In this document: positions 27,574 through 41,570 of the stretch, one piece after another
Layout of the letters: every line of letters begins with the position of its first letter
Position numbering within the stretch: position 1 is the first letter of the stretch
Source: Adineta vaga
Lineage: Eukaryota; Animalia; Rotifera
Assembly (NCBI GenBank): GCA_021613535.1
Contig: CP075496.1
Span: 12,958,001-13,022,000, forward strand
Length of the DNA stretch: 64,000 nucleotides
Reading direction: 5' to 3'
The notes under the pieces: generated by a model
What the model was told of the DNA's origin: nothing
What the model saw: the letters and a program-made list of their open reading frames with translations, nothing else
Database searches by the model: none
Translations under genes and position numbers: made by a program

Positions 27574-30371
27574 ATGATCACAGTTGCAACAAGTAAAATA
27601 AATAATCAAACGATTCTCCAAGAACAATTCGATGAAAATTATGAACCAACTCCTGAAGAAATTCGTGAATATGCTATTTATATTGGAATTGATCCAGATA
27701 ACGTAAATTTCGACATTAAAAGAGAGGAAAAAGATGTACGTTATTATGAATTCTAATGTTTTATTTAGGAACCTCATTTACTTTCGTTAGCGAAAGAAGG
27801 TATTTTAAAACCATTACCACCTGGTTGGAAACCATGTCAAGAAGGAAATGGAGAATTGTATTATTTTAATTTTGATACGGGAACATCATCATGGGATCAT
27901 CCATGTGACGAAATCTATAAACAACGTGTTATTGATGAACGGTAAATTTATTCCTAAAAATTCTTTCATTCATTGTTTATGTTTTCTTTTTACTAGACAC
28001 AAACGATCATCATCAAATTTACTTGATACTAATCCTCGAGGTAAGATTTGCTACTAGAGAAGTTTCATTTTTTCGTCAATAATGGAACGATTTTAGGTAC
28101 ATTGACACAAACAGGTGGAACTACATCGACTGTTACTGATTATTTAATTGGTGGAAAAAAGCCGTCTACTCTGAGAGATAATAATAGTACATCTGTAGTA
28201 ACAAGAAATGTTATTGAAACAAATAAAATCGGTAAGAATAAGTCAATATTTTCTTTTGAAAATATTTCTTTTTCCTAGATTCTCATTATGAAAATAGTGA
28301 TAATGAAATCGAAGAACTGATGCATAGCGATGATGATGATGAAGAACAAAGTAGTGATGATTTTCGAAGAAAAGTGGATTTTGGTTAGTAAAACAATACA
28401 TATATTTAATGAAAAATGAAAATATTTATTCTAGGAATCGATCCAACACTTTCTGCACGTATTGAAAAAGATGAAAAAGCAGTAAAAGAAGCAATTGCAA
28501 CGTCACGTCCGTTCAATTCTTTAGAAAGTACAGGTATATCTTCCAATGAATTATTCTACTATATATACTCAATCATATGTTGTAGATCGAAAATTTGATA
28601 CTCGGAAAAGTTCGGATGACGATGATGATTATGAAAATCAACGTAAACTACGAGCTGTAAACGCTGAACGACGTTCATCAGGTGTATCTGTACATAAACC
28701 CGAAATTAATGTATGTAAAGATATGATCTTCAATTATTTGATTTGTACAAAGATTTTGTTTTGTAGGATGATAGTTTCACAACTCCACGAGAGGAAGATA
28801 TGACAAGATTTCGAATACGACTTGAGCAGTAAGAAAGATACATTTGATAATTATATTTATGTGGACTTTTGTTTTGTTTTAATAGAGCTAAGGATGAAGA
28901 AAAACTACAAATCTTTGAAGAACATGAAGCTCTTATTGCAAAATATAGAAATGAACTACGTTTAGAAAAGGATAAACAAGAAAAAGTATTACGTGAAAAA
29001 ATGAAAACTGATTTAGCGTAAGATAATTCTCAATGAATTATTTCCTCATTATGGTTTGCCTTCGAATTTAGTTCAATCGAAAATGAAATACATGAAACGA
29101 TGGGTCAGGAAAAACGATTTCTAGAGAGTCGAAAACAAGACGAAATAAATCATATTAAAGAAACAATTGAAAAAGAAAAAGATGAAATTAAAAAGAAATT
29201 ACGGTAATTTAAAATCAATAAACTTTCCAGATTATCAATTGTACAATTTAGAGCGAGTATGCAGTCAGATTTAGATGTGTTTAAAGGTACACTTGAACAA
29301 CAAAATAATGTGAATGCTCAACTTCGATCGTTACAAGATAAACTTACGCGTGAAAAGAATAGTTTTGAAGAGGTTTGATTTTGATTTGATGTAAATTTAT
29401 AATGTTGTCTTTTTCTATTTTCAAGAAAATACGTCATTTAGAAAGTCAACATAAGAATGAAATTGCTGATTTAACACGACGTTATGAACAAGCTAAGAAC
29501 GATCGAGAAAAATTTGAAAAACATTTGAAAGAAGTAAGATAGCATTCGAAGAACGAAATAATACTACAAATATATTTCATAGAAAGACAATCTTCATTCT
29601 ACATTAAAAAGAACAATTGAACAAATAACTGCTGATAAAGCTTCTATTGAACGTAAATTACAAGATGCCGAATCACAATTGAAAGCAATTGATAATAGTC
29701 ATCGTCAAATTCAATTTTCAAATGCTCGTCAATCATTAATAACTACTAGTGATAATGAAAGTGATGATGATGATGATGATGGTAATAATAGTAAAAATTT
29801 AAAATTAGATCAATCATCCACGAAACATCACAATGGTTTTCATCATGATGAAGATGATATCGATCGTTTAAGTGATACGGATAGTGATGTTATTGAAATG
29901 GAACAAACATTAAAAGAATTACGACAAACTCAACTGGAATATATGTCCTTACTTCCAATAACAAATCTTGATGGCAAACAACATTCACATATGAAACCGA
30001 ATACAACTGCAACGGTTGATTTTAGTAAATTATCTGTTGCTGATGTCGGTCCAGTTATACGAAATATTCGAACAATGCAAAGAACAATTCCAAGATTATA
30101 TGAATCTTTAGAAGCAACATCCAATCATCAATTATTAAATGATTCAGGTCGATGGTCAAATAGTTTAATATCAACAACTGGAAATAATACAAACTCATTA
30201 TCGATGTATCAAACTTTAAATTCCTATCAATCAACTTTATCCAAAACAAATCATTGGACTTCTCAACCAAATCTTGTTACACGAGAAGCAGTTTTAAAAG
30301 CAGCACGTCGAGTCTTTTCACCTGCCATTATCGATCAATTAACAACAAATACAAGATCATCAACTCATTAA
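27574..30371 (+). CDS. CEP164: Centrosomal protein 164-like (WW domain + coiled coil), multi-exon
   Basis: [70 protein letters not shown] matches the CEP164 N-terminus; later coiled-coil exons. Confidence 0.9.
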
Positions 30372-30924
30372 AACTGATAGTTCAATAGTTTCTCTTATAA
30401 TTATAACAAAAACAAAAACTTTGCACATGAACGTTTTTTGATTTGTGCAATTTCATTTGACATTTCTTATTTTTAATTTATTTATTTATAAATATGCTCA
30501 CATCTTTTATCCTTTCCATTAATTCTTCTCTTATGATAGATAGAATATCACTTATTGACACATACATTTTTTCTTTCGATTGTGCAAATGTATATATGCT
30601 CTCATTCTCGCTTCTTCCGATTGCACATCAATTCGTTTTTCTTCTTCTTCTTCATCGATGGCTATAGTTAGCCCGGTTGGTTTTCATCAGTGTGAATCTA
30701 GGTTTTTTTTGTGTCTTCTTATTTGCGAAAAATATAAAAGCTTGACGTGAAAATTAGGTCGATGAAAACTTCGTATTTTTACTCTTTTATCTAAGCATTT
30801 ATTTGCATTTCGAAAATAAAAACAAGTATTCAAATCGATCTTCAATTGAGAATATAAAACAGCTGTCAAAAAATATCTCTATCAATTGATTTTACATTTG
30901 ATAATTGTACTCATCATTTTCATC

Positions 30925-32334
30925 ATGAATAATTATAGATTCTTATTGTTTTCTATTCTTGCGATCGTCCTTCCAGTTCAATCAGTTGATCCAAGTTGTA
31001 AAGGTGTAATAAATACAAATGAAATCTTACGCGACGAACCGAAACTTGTAAGTTCGGTGCTTAATGGAAAACGTTTTATTGTTGGATCTGGTTATGATAA
31101 AATCAACATCGTACATGTTTATGGTGGTACACCATATGATATGGGTTATGCACTTGGAAAGTTGATGAGTGAAGATTTGAAACAACTTATTCCAGAATAT
31201 TTTACTTATCTGGAAAATAAAGTAGAAATTTTAATTAAAACATTACCACCTGTAAGTATGAATGTCTTTGGTGAAATGAATATTTCTTTGTTTTTCGAAT
31301 AGTTAGTAGCAAAATGGATTGCTGAATTAGGTTTAAAAGGTGCTCTTGATCTCAATTATGATATTACTCGTATTTATACACCACCATGGTATGACGAAGA
31401 ACTACGAGGATTAGCGGCTGGAAGTGGTGTTAATTATCAAGATATTCGTCGACTGAATCTTCTTCCTGAACTGATCAAAGCTGCATGTACTGTTTTAGGT
31501 GCTTGGGGTGAATCAACAATATCGAAAACAACATTACTTCATCTTCGTTCATTAGATTGGGATGAAAATGCTCCCATTGCTAAATATGCAACAGTGACTG
31601 TCTATCATCCTAATGGAACTTACGAAGGATATGTTGAACATTTTCAAAACTATTACAAACAAAAGTATTCAACATCTCATACATTTGCCAATTTTGGTTA
31701 CCTTGGTTTGATTGGATCGATTGGTGCTTATAATGATGTATCTGTTGGTTTAGGGCAAAAAGTATGGATTACACAAGAACAAGATATAACTACACGTTTA
31801 GGAAATCCATGGACATATGTGCTTCGCGATGTTGTTCAATTTTCTGATTCGATTGATACAGCATTAACAATGCTTTTAAATGCAAAACGAACTTGTTCAG
31901 TTCATCTTGGTCTTGGGGAATATCATCGAAATACATCCTCAACTAGTGAACGAACAATCGATTTTCTTGGTATTGAATATAGTGCTAAAGAATTTAATGT
32001 CTTTTCATGGAAAGATATGTACAATACGCCGAATCATCCAATACTGAAAGATGTCGTCTATTGGGATCCATATGTTCAACCTTCAAATAATAAATGCTTA
32101 GGTAGTTTACTTGTGGAACATTACGGTCGACTTGACCCACTAACTATTATTCGAAATATCACTAGTTTATTAAGAACAGGCAATACATTAAATTTAATTC
32201 TTGATTATGCTGAAAATGCTGCTTATATTGCCTATAGTGCACCTAATGATCCACAGGGACCTTTAGAAGCGTTCAATCGAGTGCATACAAGATTGGATAT
32301 GGCGAAACTTTTTACTGAACCTGCACCAAAATAG
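30925..32334 (+). CDS. Secreted Ntn-hydrolase, dcd1/acid-ceramidase-like, copy 1 (one intron 31252-31301)
   Basis: Signal peptide, GTPYDMGYALG, LLPELIKAA|CTVLGAWG (autocleavage Cys), HLRSLDWD. Confidence 0.85.
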
Positions 32335-32621
32335 ACGATAACTTTTAAGAATATGTTTTTTCATAATAAACTAGTTCTTAAATTCAATGTTATAATACGA
32401 AAAGGGTCACGACAAGCTAATCATCATTGAGATGTCCTTATCACGAATTCTATCATATTTTTTTCTAACAAAGTAACAAGCTTATCATCATGACCGAGTT
32501 CTTTGATAACATATGTGTGTTTCTCCATATAACAATGATGATGAGAAGAAACCTTCTGTTACTTGTTCTGATATAATTCAACGGACGATAAGCATCCATT
32601 CTATAGCAAAACGTCGCAATT

Positions 32622-34030
32622 ATGAATAGCGTTTCTCTTTTATTATTTTCTCTCTTCGCTGTAATTAATATAGTTCAACTTGCTGATCCAAGTTGCAAAG
32701 GTAAATTCAATACAATTCCTATCTTCCGTGATGCACCAAAATTTGTAAGTTCGGTGCCTAATGGAAAACGTTTTATTGTTGGATCTGGTTATGATAAAAT
32801 CAACATCGTACATGTTTATGGTGGTACACCATATGATATGGGTTATGCACTTGGAAAATTAATGAGTAAAGAATTACAAACACTGATTCCAGAATATTAT
32901 GCTTATCTGGATAAAACTATTGAAGATGCTTTAAAAAAAGTTCCACCGGTAAGTAATCGATCGTGTGCAACATAGAGAGAGAACGTATTATTTTTATGTA
33001 GTTTGTTGCGAAATGGATTGCTGAATTAGGTTTACCTGGTGCTCTTGATCTTACTTATGAAATCACACGTTTTTATACACCACCATGGTATGATGAAGAA
33101 ATACGAGGATTAGCTGCTGGCAGTGGTGTTAATTATTTAGATATTCGACGAATGAATTTACTTCCAGAATTAATCAAAGCTGCATGCACTGTTTTAGGTG
33201 CTTGGGGTGAATCAACTTTATCATCAACTTTATTGCATGTACGAGCACTTGACTGGGACGATGAAGCACCAATTGCTAAATATGCAACAGTGACTGTCTA
33301 TCATCCCAATGCTTCTTATGAAGGTTATGCACAACATTTTCATGAATATTACAGACAAGAAAATTATAAATCACATGCATTTGCTAATTTTGGTTATCTC
33401 GGTTTGATTGGATCACTTGGTGCATATAGTGAAGCATCCATTGCTTTAGGTGAAAAAGTATGGATTACACAAGAAAAAGATATAACTACGCGTTTTGGAA
33501 ATCCATGGACATATGTACTTCGTGATGTTGTTCAATTTGCCGATTCTATTGATACTGCTTTAACAATGATTGCTAACGCTCATCGAACCTGTTCAATTCA
33601 TCTTGGTCTCGGTTCTTATGAACGTAATGCAACAGTTCATGATGATCAAACTGTTGGATTTCGTGGTATTGAATACAGCGCAAAAGAACTAAATGTCTTC
33701 AATTGGCAAGATATGTATAATACACCTAATCATCCAATATTGAAAGATGTCGTCTATTGGGATAAACATGTTCAACCTTCAAATGATCCATGTTTAGGTA
33801 GTTTGTTAGTTAATCAATACGGTCATCTTGATGCACCAACTATTATTCGAAATATTACGAGTGTTTCAGAAACTGGTAATGCTTTGAATTTAGTTCTCGA
33901 TTATGCAGAAAATGCTGCTTATATTGCCTACAGTGCACCTGAAGACCCACAAGGACCTTTAGAAGCTTTCAGTCGAGTACATACAAGATTGGATATGGCA
34001 CAATTATTTGCTGAGCCTGCACCAAAATAG
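32622..34030 (+). CDS. Secreted Ntn-hydrolase, dcd1/acid-ceramidase-like, copy 2 (one intron 32949-33001)
   Basis: Tandem paralogue of copy 1 with the same intron position; LLPELIKAACTVLGAWG..HVRALDWD. Confidence 0.85.
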
Positions 34031-34254
34031 AGATGCTTTTTTAAAATAAAGATTATTTAATCAAACTTCTCTTGAATATTCTTTGTTTTGTTGTTTACCT
34101 ATGGAACATTTTATTTTTTAATCTTCAAATTTTGCAGAAAAGAAAAGAAACAAAGAAATACATCAGACAGAATAGAACAATATACACAAAAGAAATAGAA
34201 GAAAAAAACAAAACAACATCGATAACAACATTTTAATATGTCCTAATTTGACTT

Positions 34255-35772
34255 TTATAAATCATCCAAATGTGGTAACCAAAAAATCTAATTCAAATTA
34301 AACCGAATATTTATTATTCATTCAAAAGAGAATAAATACAACTTACTAATTGATTTGATGCACTGACAAGTAACATAAATTTTGGATTCATTGAAACAAT
34401 AGTTGGACCAGACATTGAATCAGAAAGAAGAGTACATACTCGATTACCTGTTTCAGCATTCCAACAATGTATACGTCCATCACTTGCACCTAAATAATTA
34501 AATCATATTATAAATAATTCTTATAGATCCAACAAACCACAAAAGACAAATTGAGCATCGGGACTAAATGATGCTTCGATTGGCATATTTTTTGAATTCG
34601 TAAAACCCTATAACAAGAAATCAAATGAAAATTATATTGATTTCGTATTTCATCTTTGTTTAACAAACCGATAGAGTATGTTTCAATTGTCCAGTAAAAG
34701 CATCAATTAAACGAATTATATTTCCGTTTGTTGTTAACATAATTGTTTTACCGTCTGCACTAAATTTCAAACTTGTCCATTCACAATCTTTTTCTTTAGG
34801 TAATTGAAACGTCGAAAAGGGACCCTAAAAAAAGAAGCAATTCTTTATGAACATACGAATATATCGTCAAAGAAATTTAAACCTTATCAAATGATCGTAA
34901 ATCATATAATTTGATCATTTCAGAAGTAATACCAGCGCCAAATATAAGACCCTAAATATACATAAGAATAGAATGAATGTTATCCTTTTTATCTTACTTC
35001 TGGATCAAAATTAGCCACTGGTCGACCATTTAAATGCATAAGACCCTTTCAAATTAACAATACAAAAGTTATTAAAATATGACTTCGAGAAAAAAAACCC
35101 TCCTTACTGCACAATTCGCTGATTTTAAATCCCATAATCGTACGGTATTATCAAGCGAACCGGACAAGAAAATGTCATCAACAGGTGACATTGACAATGC
35201 AATTACTCTAGAAAAATATATTACAAATATTATATCATCTCTTTTCTTTTCTTTCTTCTACATACTTTCGAACATGACCGGGAAAATATCGAATATATTT
35301 ATTATCATGTAAAGATAAAAATCGAATCGTATCTAAAAAGTAAACATTGAATGAACAAATGAGAAAGAAAAAAATATATTAATTTACCATCAATTTTAGT
35401 TGAACTATGAATAACTGTATTCGTTGCATGAGTAAAACGAATGAGATCAACACCATATTTTTTGCTATTCAATGTTTTCTTTGCTCTACAAAAAAATAAC
35501 AAATTTGAAAATTAAGTTTTTTTTTAAATTTCATACGATCCAGCTTGACAATCATAAATTACAATTGAATCATCATCACTACTCGTTATTAATGTTTCAC
35601 CGTTAGCAGAAAAATCTAATGCATTGATTCGATCTGTATTTTCATGGAAAACACGAGCATTGCGAAAAGTTTTCACAACAGCTTCACTTAATTTCAATCC
35701 TTCAACATTATTATTATTATTATTCGATGTTGAATTGGATGGCGATGTTGTTGGATTTGTTGTCGATGCCAT
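34255..35772 (-). CDS. WDR82: WD repeat protein 82 (Swd2; COMPASS/PNUTS subunit), multi-exon
   Basis: [50 protein letters not shown]-terminal FWLP. An alternative in-frame ATG lies at 35793. Confidence 0.94.
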
Positions 35773-36066
35773 TAATTGAGATTCATCGCGCATAATCAAT
35801 ACATATATAAATATAGAAAAAAACAATGATATTTATCTTTAGAATGAAAGAGTTGACTATAACACTAAAATTTTACATTGTCAGTATGTTACAAACTTGT
35901 TTCAACAATTCAATGAATGGTAAGCGCCACGTGCAACGTACATACAATGAAAGGCATGCTTTTGATTGGTTCTTGATTCAGAATCAGTCATTTGTGTTGC
36001 TCAGAGAAGCAAACGAACGAACGAAGGAACGAAACGAACTAGTCTAATTTAGTAACGAAATTGAAC

Positions 36067-37263
36067 ATGAAACAATTAACAACATTTAGAAATCAATTCG
36101 ATTTTCAATCTATAAGATGGAAAGATATGATTCGGTATGTTTATCTTTTTGGATTATTATTTCATTTATTTGATTCAATTTTAAGATGGTTTCCAGGTCA
36201 TATGCATAAAGGTATGAAAGATCTTGAACAATCTTTATCACGTGTCGATGGAATTATTGAAGTACATGATGCACGTATTCCACATTCTGGTCGTAATCCA
36301 GAATTCTATAAACGTTTAATTGCTGGTCATAAACCACACATACTCATATTGAATAAATCGGATTTAGCTGATCAAAACTATTTGAATAAATCCATTGAAT
36401 GTATTCAAACAGAACAACCAAATGTTCAAGTTATTCATACAAGTTTAGCAACAATTGAAATAAAACAAATGACGAATCTATTCGGTCGTTTACTTCATCA
36501 AATTATTGAATCACCACGTTATACTCGAAGTTCAACACTCGAATATAACATTGTTGTTTGTGGAATACCAAATGTTGGTAAATCAACATTCAGTATGTGT
36601 ATCAAAAAGATATTTTGTTTTGTCTCAAGATTTATAAATTTTGTTCGATTCTAGTTAACAAACTTCGTAATCTCTTTATCAATAAACCCGGTTCTGAGCA
36701 AGTTGGTGCAAGTCCTGGAGTAACACGTACGATGAGTGAGAAAGTGAAAATATCTAATCGACCAAAAGTTTATATTCGTGATTCGCCTGGTATACTTGAA
36801 CCACGTTTAAAATCACCTGATGAAAGTTTTCGATTACTTCTGACAAATGCGATACCGATTCAACAACGTGAATTATCCGATATCATTGCTGATTATGGAT
36901 TATTCTTATTGAATAAATATGATAAACAACGAGAATATATGAAATATTGTGGACTTGATCGACCTACCGATGATATTCTAACGGTTTTACTTTCATTAGC
37001 AAAACTTAAACATTGTACACAAATCTATGGTGATAAGCGAGGTTATGATTTAACAGGAACAGCTTTACATTTTATTAATGAAATTAATAAAGGAACATTT
37101 GGTAAATAAAAATCAAGATTTGTATTGTTTTAGATTTGATTTTGTTTCTTTTGTAGGTCGAATAACATTTGATCAAGATATTCTTGATGGAAGAGAAATT
37201 GAAAAATTAAATGATACGAATTTATTTAAAACAAATGCTGGTCGAATGAGAAAATCGATTTAA
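36067..37263 (+). CDS. MTG1: Mitochondrial ribosome-associated GTPase 1 (RbgA/YlqF family)
   Basis: WFPGHMHKG, IIEVHDARIPHSGRN, NKSDL, GIPNVGKS, PGVTR, DSPG in circularly permuted G4-G1-G2-G3 order. Confidence 0.93.
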
Positions 37264-37354
37264 TTCATGTTTATTTTTCTAAATTTTCGTTTTTTGTTTT
37301 CGTTACAGTAGAAAACAGTGTGTATTTTTTCGATTTGGATAATTTTAGATAAAT

Positions 37355-39678
37355 ATGTCGAAAAATTGGAATGAAAATATTGAAACATTTGCTAGTAAGA
37401 TAAATACGAACTTTTTCCAAGATAACTTATGAATTCGAATTCATTTTTCTAGAACATATACAGATTTATAAAACATTAGCTCTTCGATGGCAAATCAATG
37501 TAAGTTAATGATCATTGAAAAGTTCAGTATCTACATTGAATGATTACTTTCCTTTTTTTTCTATAGCCTAGTTTTCTTCATCGAAACTTAAAATATATCT
37601 ACATTGCTCGAACATTTCCACACTCAAATCGGTAGAAAGAAAAAAACTCTTCGACAATTAACTAACTAAATCAATCTTTTTTTTCTTTGCATAGGATATC
37701 AAATAAAAATATTTCAATCGAAGAAATTTTCAAATCACGTTTAGATGAAAGTGTACGTAAACCAAATTCATTCGTATCATTATTGCGTGGTGAAGCTTTT
37801 AATTTACATTTACGTGGTTGGTCATATGATGCAAGTAAATACATTCTAACGAATTTAATTTAATCATATTTAAGTTTGAATTTTTCTATCTTTTAAAAGC
37901 TTGTTTACAAGATCGACGAGGTGTGAAATACAATGTCTCATTTGATTTATCAGCTTCATGTCTAGAAAATCTATCAAATCAAATGTCAAATATATCTCGA
38001 ACGATGAAACTGGGTCGAATTGATTCAATATCACCTAATGGTTCATCGTCATCAATGAATGATGATGAAGATGATGAATCATCAACAATTTCATTTCATG
38101 TTTCTATGAAATATACATATACATTAACATTTTCAACAACAATTGCAGCAAGTCGTGGTAAAATGTTCTTAAAATATAGGAAAATCTTTGTTTTATTTTC
38201 GTTTTCATATATATCAAAGGCGATGGAAATAAAATTTCCATGTCCTACGGCAAACGTGTACAACTTGATACATTATTTGATGCACGACAGCCAATGGCAA
38301 CGGTTCAATCTATTGAAATTCTACTCACACCTGTATTAATTGATGGGCAAGAGATTGTAAATAATTTTCTTTTAATTAGAAATTCTCGATCTATTTGTTT
38401 TTGTTCTGAAAGTCGAAAACGATTTCTTCACAATTTCCATCAACATTTACAATATATTTTGATTTGACAAGAGAAGCAGTAGAAATGATTCGAAGTGGAG
38501 CATCGACACGAAAGCGACAACCCATATCACCAAGTAAAATTCCAGCTTCACATCAACAAGAACAACAATATCAAGATCCGAATGCTAAACGAATGAGAAC
38601 AACACAAAAAACAAGTAAATCTTGATTTTCAAATTTCAAATCAATCGATTAAATTTTTGTTTCCAGATAAAAATCCTAATAACTCATTATCATTGTGGCG
38701 TGATAATTCAATCAATAATGAACATACTACATCAACGAATCTATCCCTTTACTATAGTTTTCTTACAGATAATAAACAATGTTTAGCAACAAGTTATATG
38801 TCATCAAAAGGACATTGTTGTCTTTGTCAATTTACAGCAATTAATAATGATTTAGAGGTATTAATCAAACATTTATCATACTGTCATCCACGTTTTACAG
38901 CTTCAATTAAAGTATATTTGTCATAATAACGATAATCGAAATTTCGTATATATAATCATTTTCATAGAAAAACAGCGATCGACCAAATATTGAATTGCGT
39001 ATAAATGCATTCTATGATGGATCTCTCGATACATTTGATATGTTTTCGGAATATTATCCACGAAAACGACGTATTACGAGTGAACTTATTCTTTGGAGGT
39101 AATTATCAATGAATAAATTTCGATGAAGGATAAAAATTATTTTTATTTTCAGACCACCACGTTATCGCCGATTGGCAATGGATGATGCACCATTTGTTTG
39201 TCGTCGAGCAGCATTAACTCGAGTTTATCGTCATACAACCGGTGCTCAGCCAATTGAACCGGAACATATACAAATGGATAGTGATGATGAAATATATCCT
39301 GAATGGACACAACAATTATCACGTCGAATGATGGAAGATTTTCAAGATGTCAATGAAGGTGAAAAAGAAATGATGATTATGTGGAATCATCATGTGATGA
39401 AACATAAGTAACTAAAAGAATAGAATGATTTCATTTTCCAAAATTTTCCTCTATGCTTTAGTTTTATTGCTGATAGTCAAATGCCATTTGCTTGTGAACT
39501 TTTTGTTGAAAAACATGCAAAAGATTTACGTGAAAAAAATCTCATTAAAAACTTTTATCTTCATTTGGCTACACTTCAATTATACAATTTAATTAAGAAA
39601 ACAGATCTAGCTAAATGTATTATTCGATTAAAAACCATCTTGGCTTCAACACCATCTGTTTCAACTTCGACAACATAG
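37355..39678 (+). CDS. SUZ12: Polycomb PRC2 subunit Suz12-like, multi-exon
   Basis: N-terminal QIYKTL..PSFLHRNLKY, zinc finger CCLC..KHLSYCHPRF, VEFS-box MDSDDE..PEW..MEDFQDVNEGEKEMMIMWNHHVMKH. Confidence 0.9.
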
Positions 39679-40022
39679 TCTTCAAATCAGATATCTATCT
39701 AATTACACATATATATATATATAAATCTTATCCTATGACTTGTATGTATTTTTTTGTTTGTTTTGTTTTTTGTCATGAAGAGAAAAGACAATATATGGTG
39801 TTAAATATTTCCATAGAGTGATAAAGATATAAATTCATTTTATGAAAACAAAACATTAGGAATAAAATAAGTTCATGTTTATTTAAATGATCTTTATAAT
39901 AAATGTGCTAGATGCAAGAGAATGAATATGTTTTTTCTTGTTAATGTGTACTCATTTAAAGTTAACAAATATGTTCAATTATTTATTGATATGAAAGAGA
40001 AAACGAAAAGAAAAGAATTTTT

Positions 40023-40874
40023 TTATAAACGATCTGAATACATATTATGAGAATAATTGTTCAAATATTGTTCTTCATTTTGTCCCGATAATGACTCATC
40101 ATGTTCAATAATTTGATTAGGTTGATAATAATAATTTGAATTCATTGGAGGATAATAGAGAAATTGTTGTTCTTGTTCGGTATGATTGATTTTTGAATTC
40201 GTATCACGTTTAACTGGTAATCGTGCTGGTGCAGCACGTGCTTTGTATAATTCTTGAAAAAGATCATCGAGAAAATTGTTTGGTAAATGTCGTCGATATT
40301 CGCCGTATTCACATTCAACATCTGTTTTGGTTTGTTTAGCTTGACCTTTGGTAATTAATTGTACTTTTCGACGTTTATTTTGAAACCAAATACGAATTTG
40401 ATCACGTGAAACGCCAATATACTTTGCAATCAAAGTTTTCTGTAAACTATTTGGATATTTATGTTTTTTGTAGATTTCATTGAGCATAACAAGTTGATGA
40501 CGTGTATAATTAGCACGATTTTGTGGTAACATCATTGTCGATGATGATGATGATGAGATGATAAAATTATCCGGTGGAGGAAGATGAGATGGAGGAGGAA
40601 GCGGAACAGATGAAGGATAAAAAGACATATCAGAAGAAGATGCGATTGGTTCTGATCCAGATGGATAAAATGGTTCAATTGTACAATAGTTTTCAATCGA
40701 TTGAAGTGCAACTGGTGCAAATGTTGGTTGATAATTCGTCGCTGTCATGTTTGATGGACATAATAAAGATGACGATGGAGACCAAGTTGATGAATTATTC
40801 GTATAATACGATGATTGATAATGTGATGTTGCATTGAAACAATTTGTATCCAATTGTAATGGTGAAAGATTCAT
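40023..40874 (-). CDS. Intronless divergent homeobox gene (Q50)
   Basis: RANYTRHQLVMLNEIYKKHKYPNSLQKTLIAKYIGVSRDQIRIWFQNKRRK; Ser/Pro-rich N-terminus. Confidence 0.88.
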   Translation of the reverse strand: MNLSPLQLDTNCFNATSHYQSSYYTNNSSTWSPSSSLLCPSNMTATNYQPTFAPVALQSIENYCTIEPFYPSGSEPIASSSDMSFYPSSVPLPPPSHLPPPDNFIISSSSSSTMMLPQNRANYTRHQLVMLNEIYKKHKYPNSLQKTLIAKYIGVSRDQIRIWFQNKRRKVQLITKGQAKQTKTDVECEYGEYRRHLPNNFLDDLFQELYKARAAPARLPVKRDTNSKINHTEQEQQFLYYPPMNSNYYYQPNQIIEHDESLSGQNEEQYLNNYSHNMYSDRL

Positions 40875-41570
40875 ATTGAAAGATAGTGTGTATTATACAA
40901 AATTGATCGTACTGTTTTATATGATGAAAAATAATTCGAATCGAATCTATTTATATGACGAAAGAGTTTTTTTCTCCCCCTATTGAAGAAAAAGTCTAGC
41001 ATTAATTTCTTTTTTCCATGCTCTGCGGGAAGGCGATTGTTGTTCGGTAAGCAATTTATTGCGAACACTAATCAAGTTGATCAGCGATGATGTTTTTCTT
41101 CTATTTCAATGTAGAGTGTATATGTAGGTGAGAATAAGCCAAATTAGACGTCAATATTGTCATCGATAAGATTATGCAATGAGTTTTAATATACTGATGA
41201 GAGAAGTACGTAATCAAATTAGTAGAAGAGAAAGGTAAGCCTGTAGGCAAGAACAGAATTATTCATTCTATATGTTCTATAGATCTACTAAGGTTTTGAA
41301 ATGATCCTATGAGTATGACAATGATGACTGGTTTCTTTGATGTAAGAATAGATGACGAATTCATTCAACGTGTGAACTACTTAGAGTTGTATAGAAACTT
41401 TTATTTTCGACAGATTTACAGTCATTTGCATTTTATCAATGTAGTGTACATAAACTATCCAAACTTGTAAAGAATGAGTATCGTAATTCAGTAGAATACT
41501 GTTCAATTAGTTTTAGTCTATTTCCATAGTTTTAACGATAGTCAACTTATTTCCTAGCAGTTATTCATAT

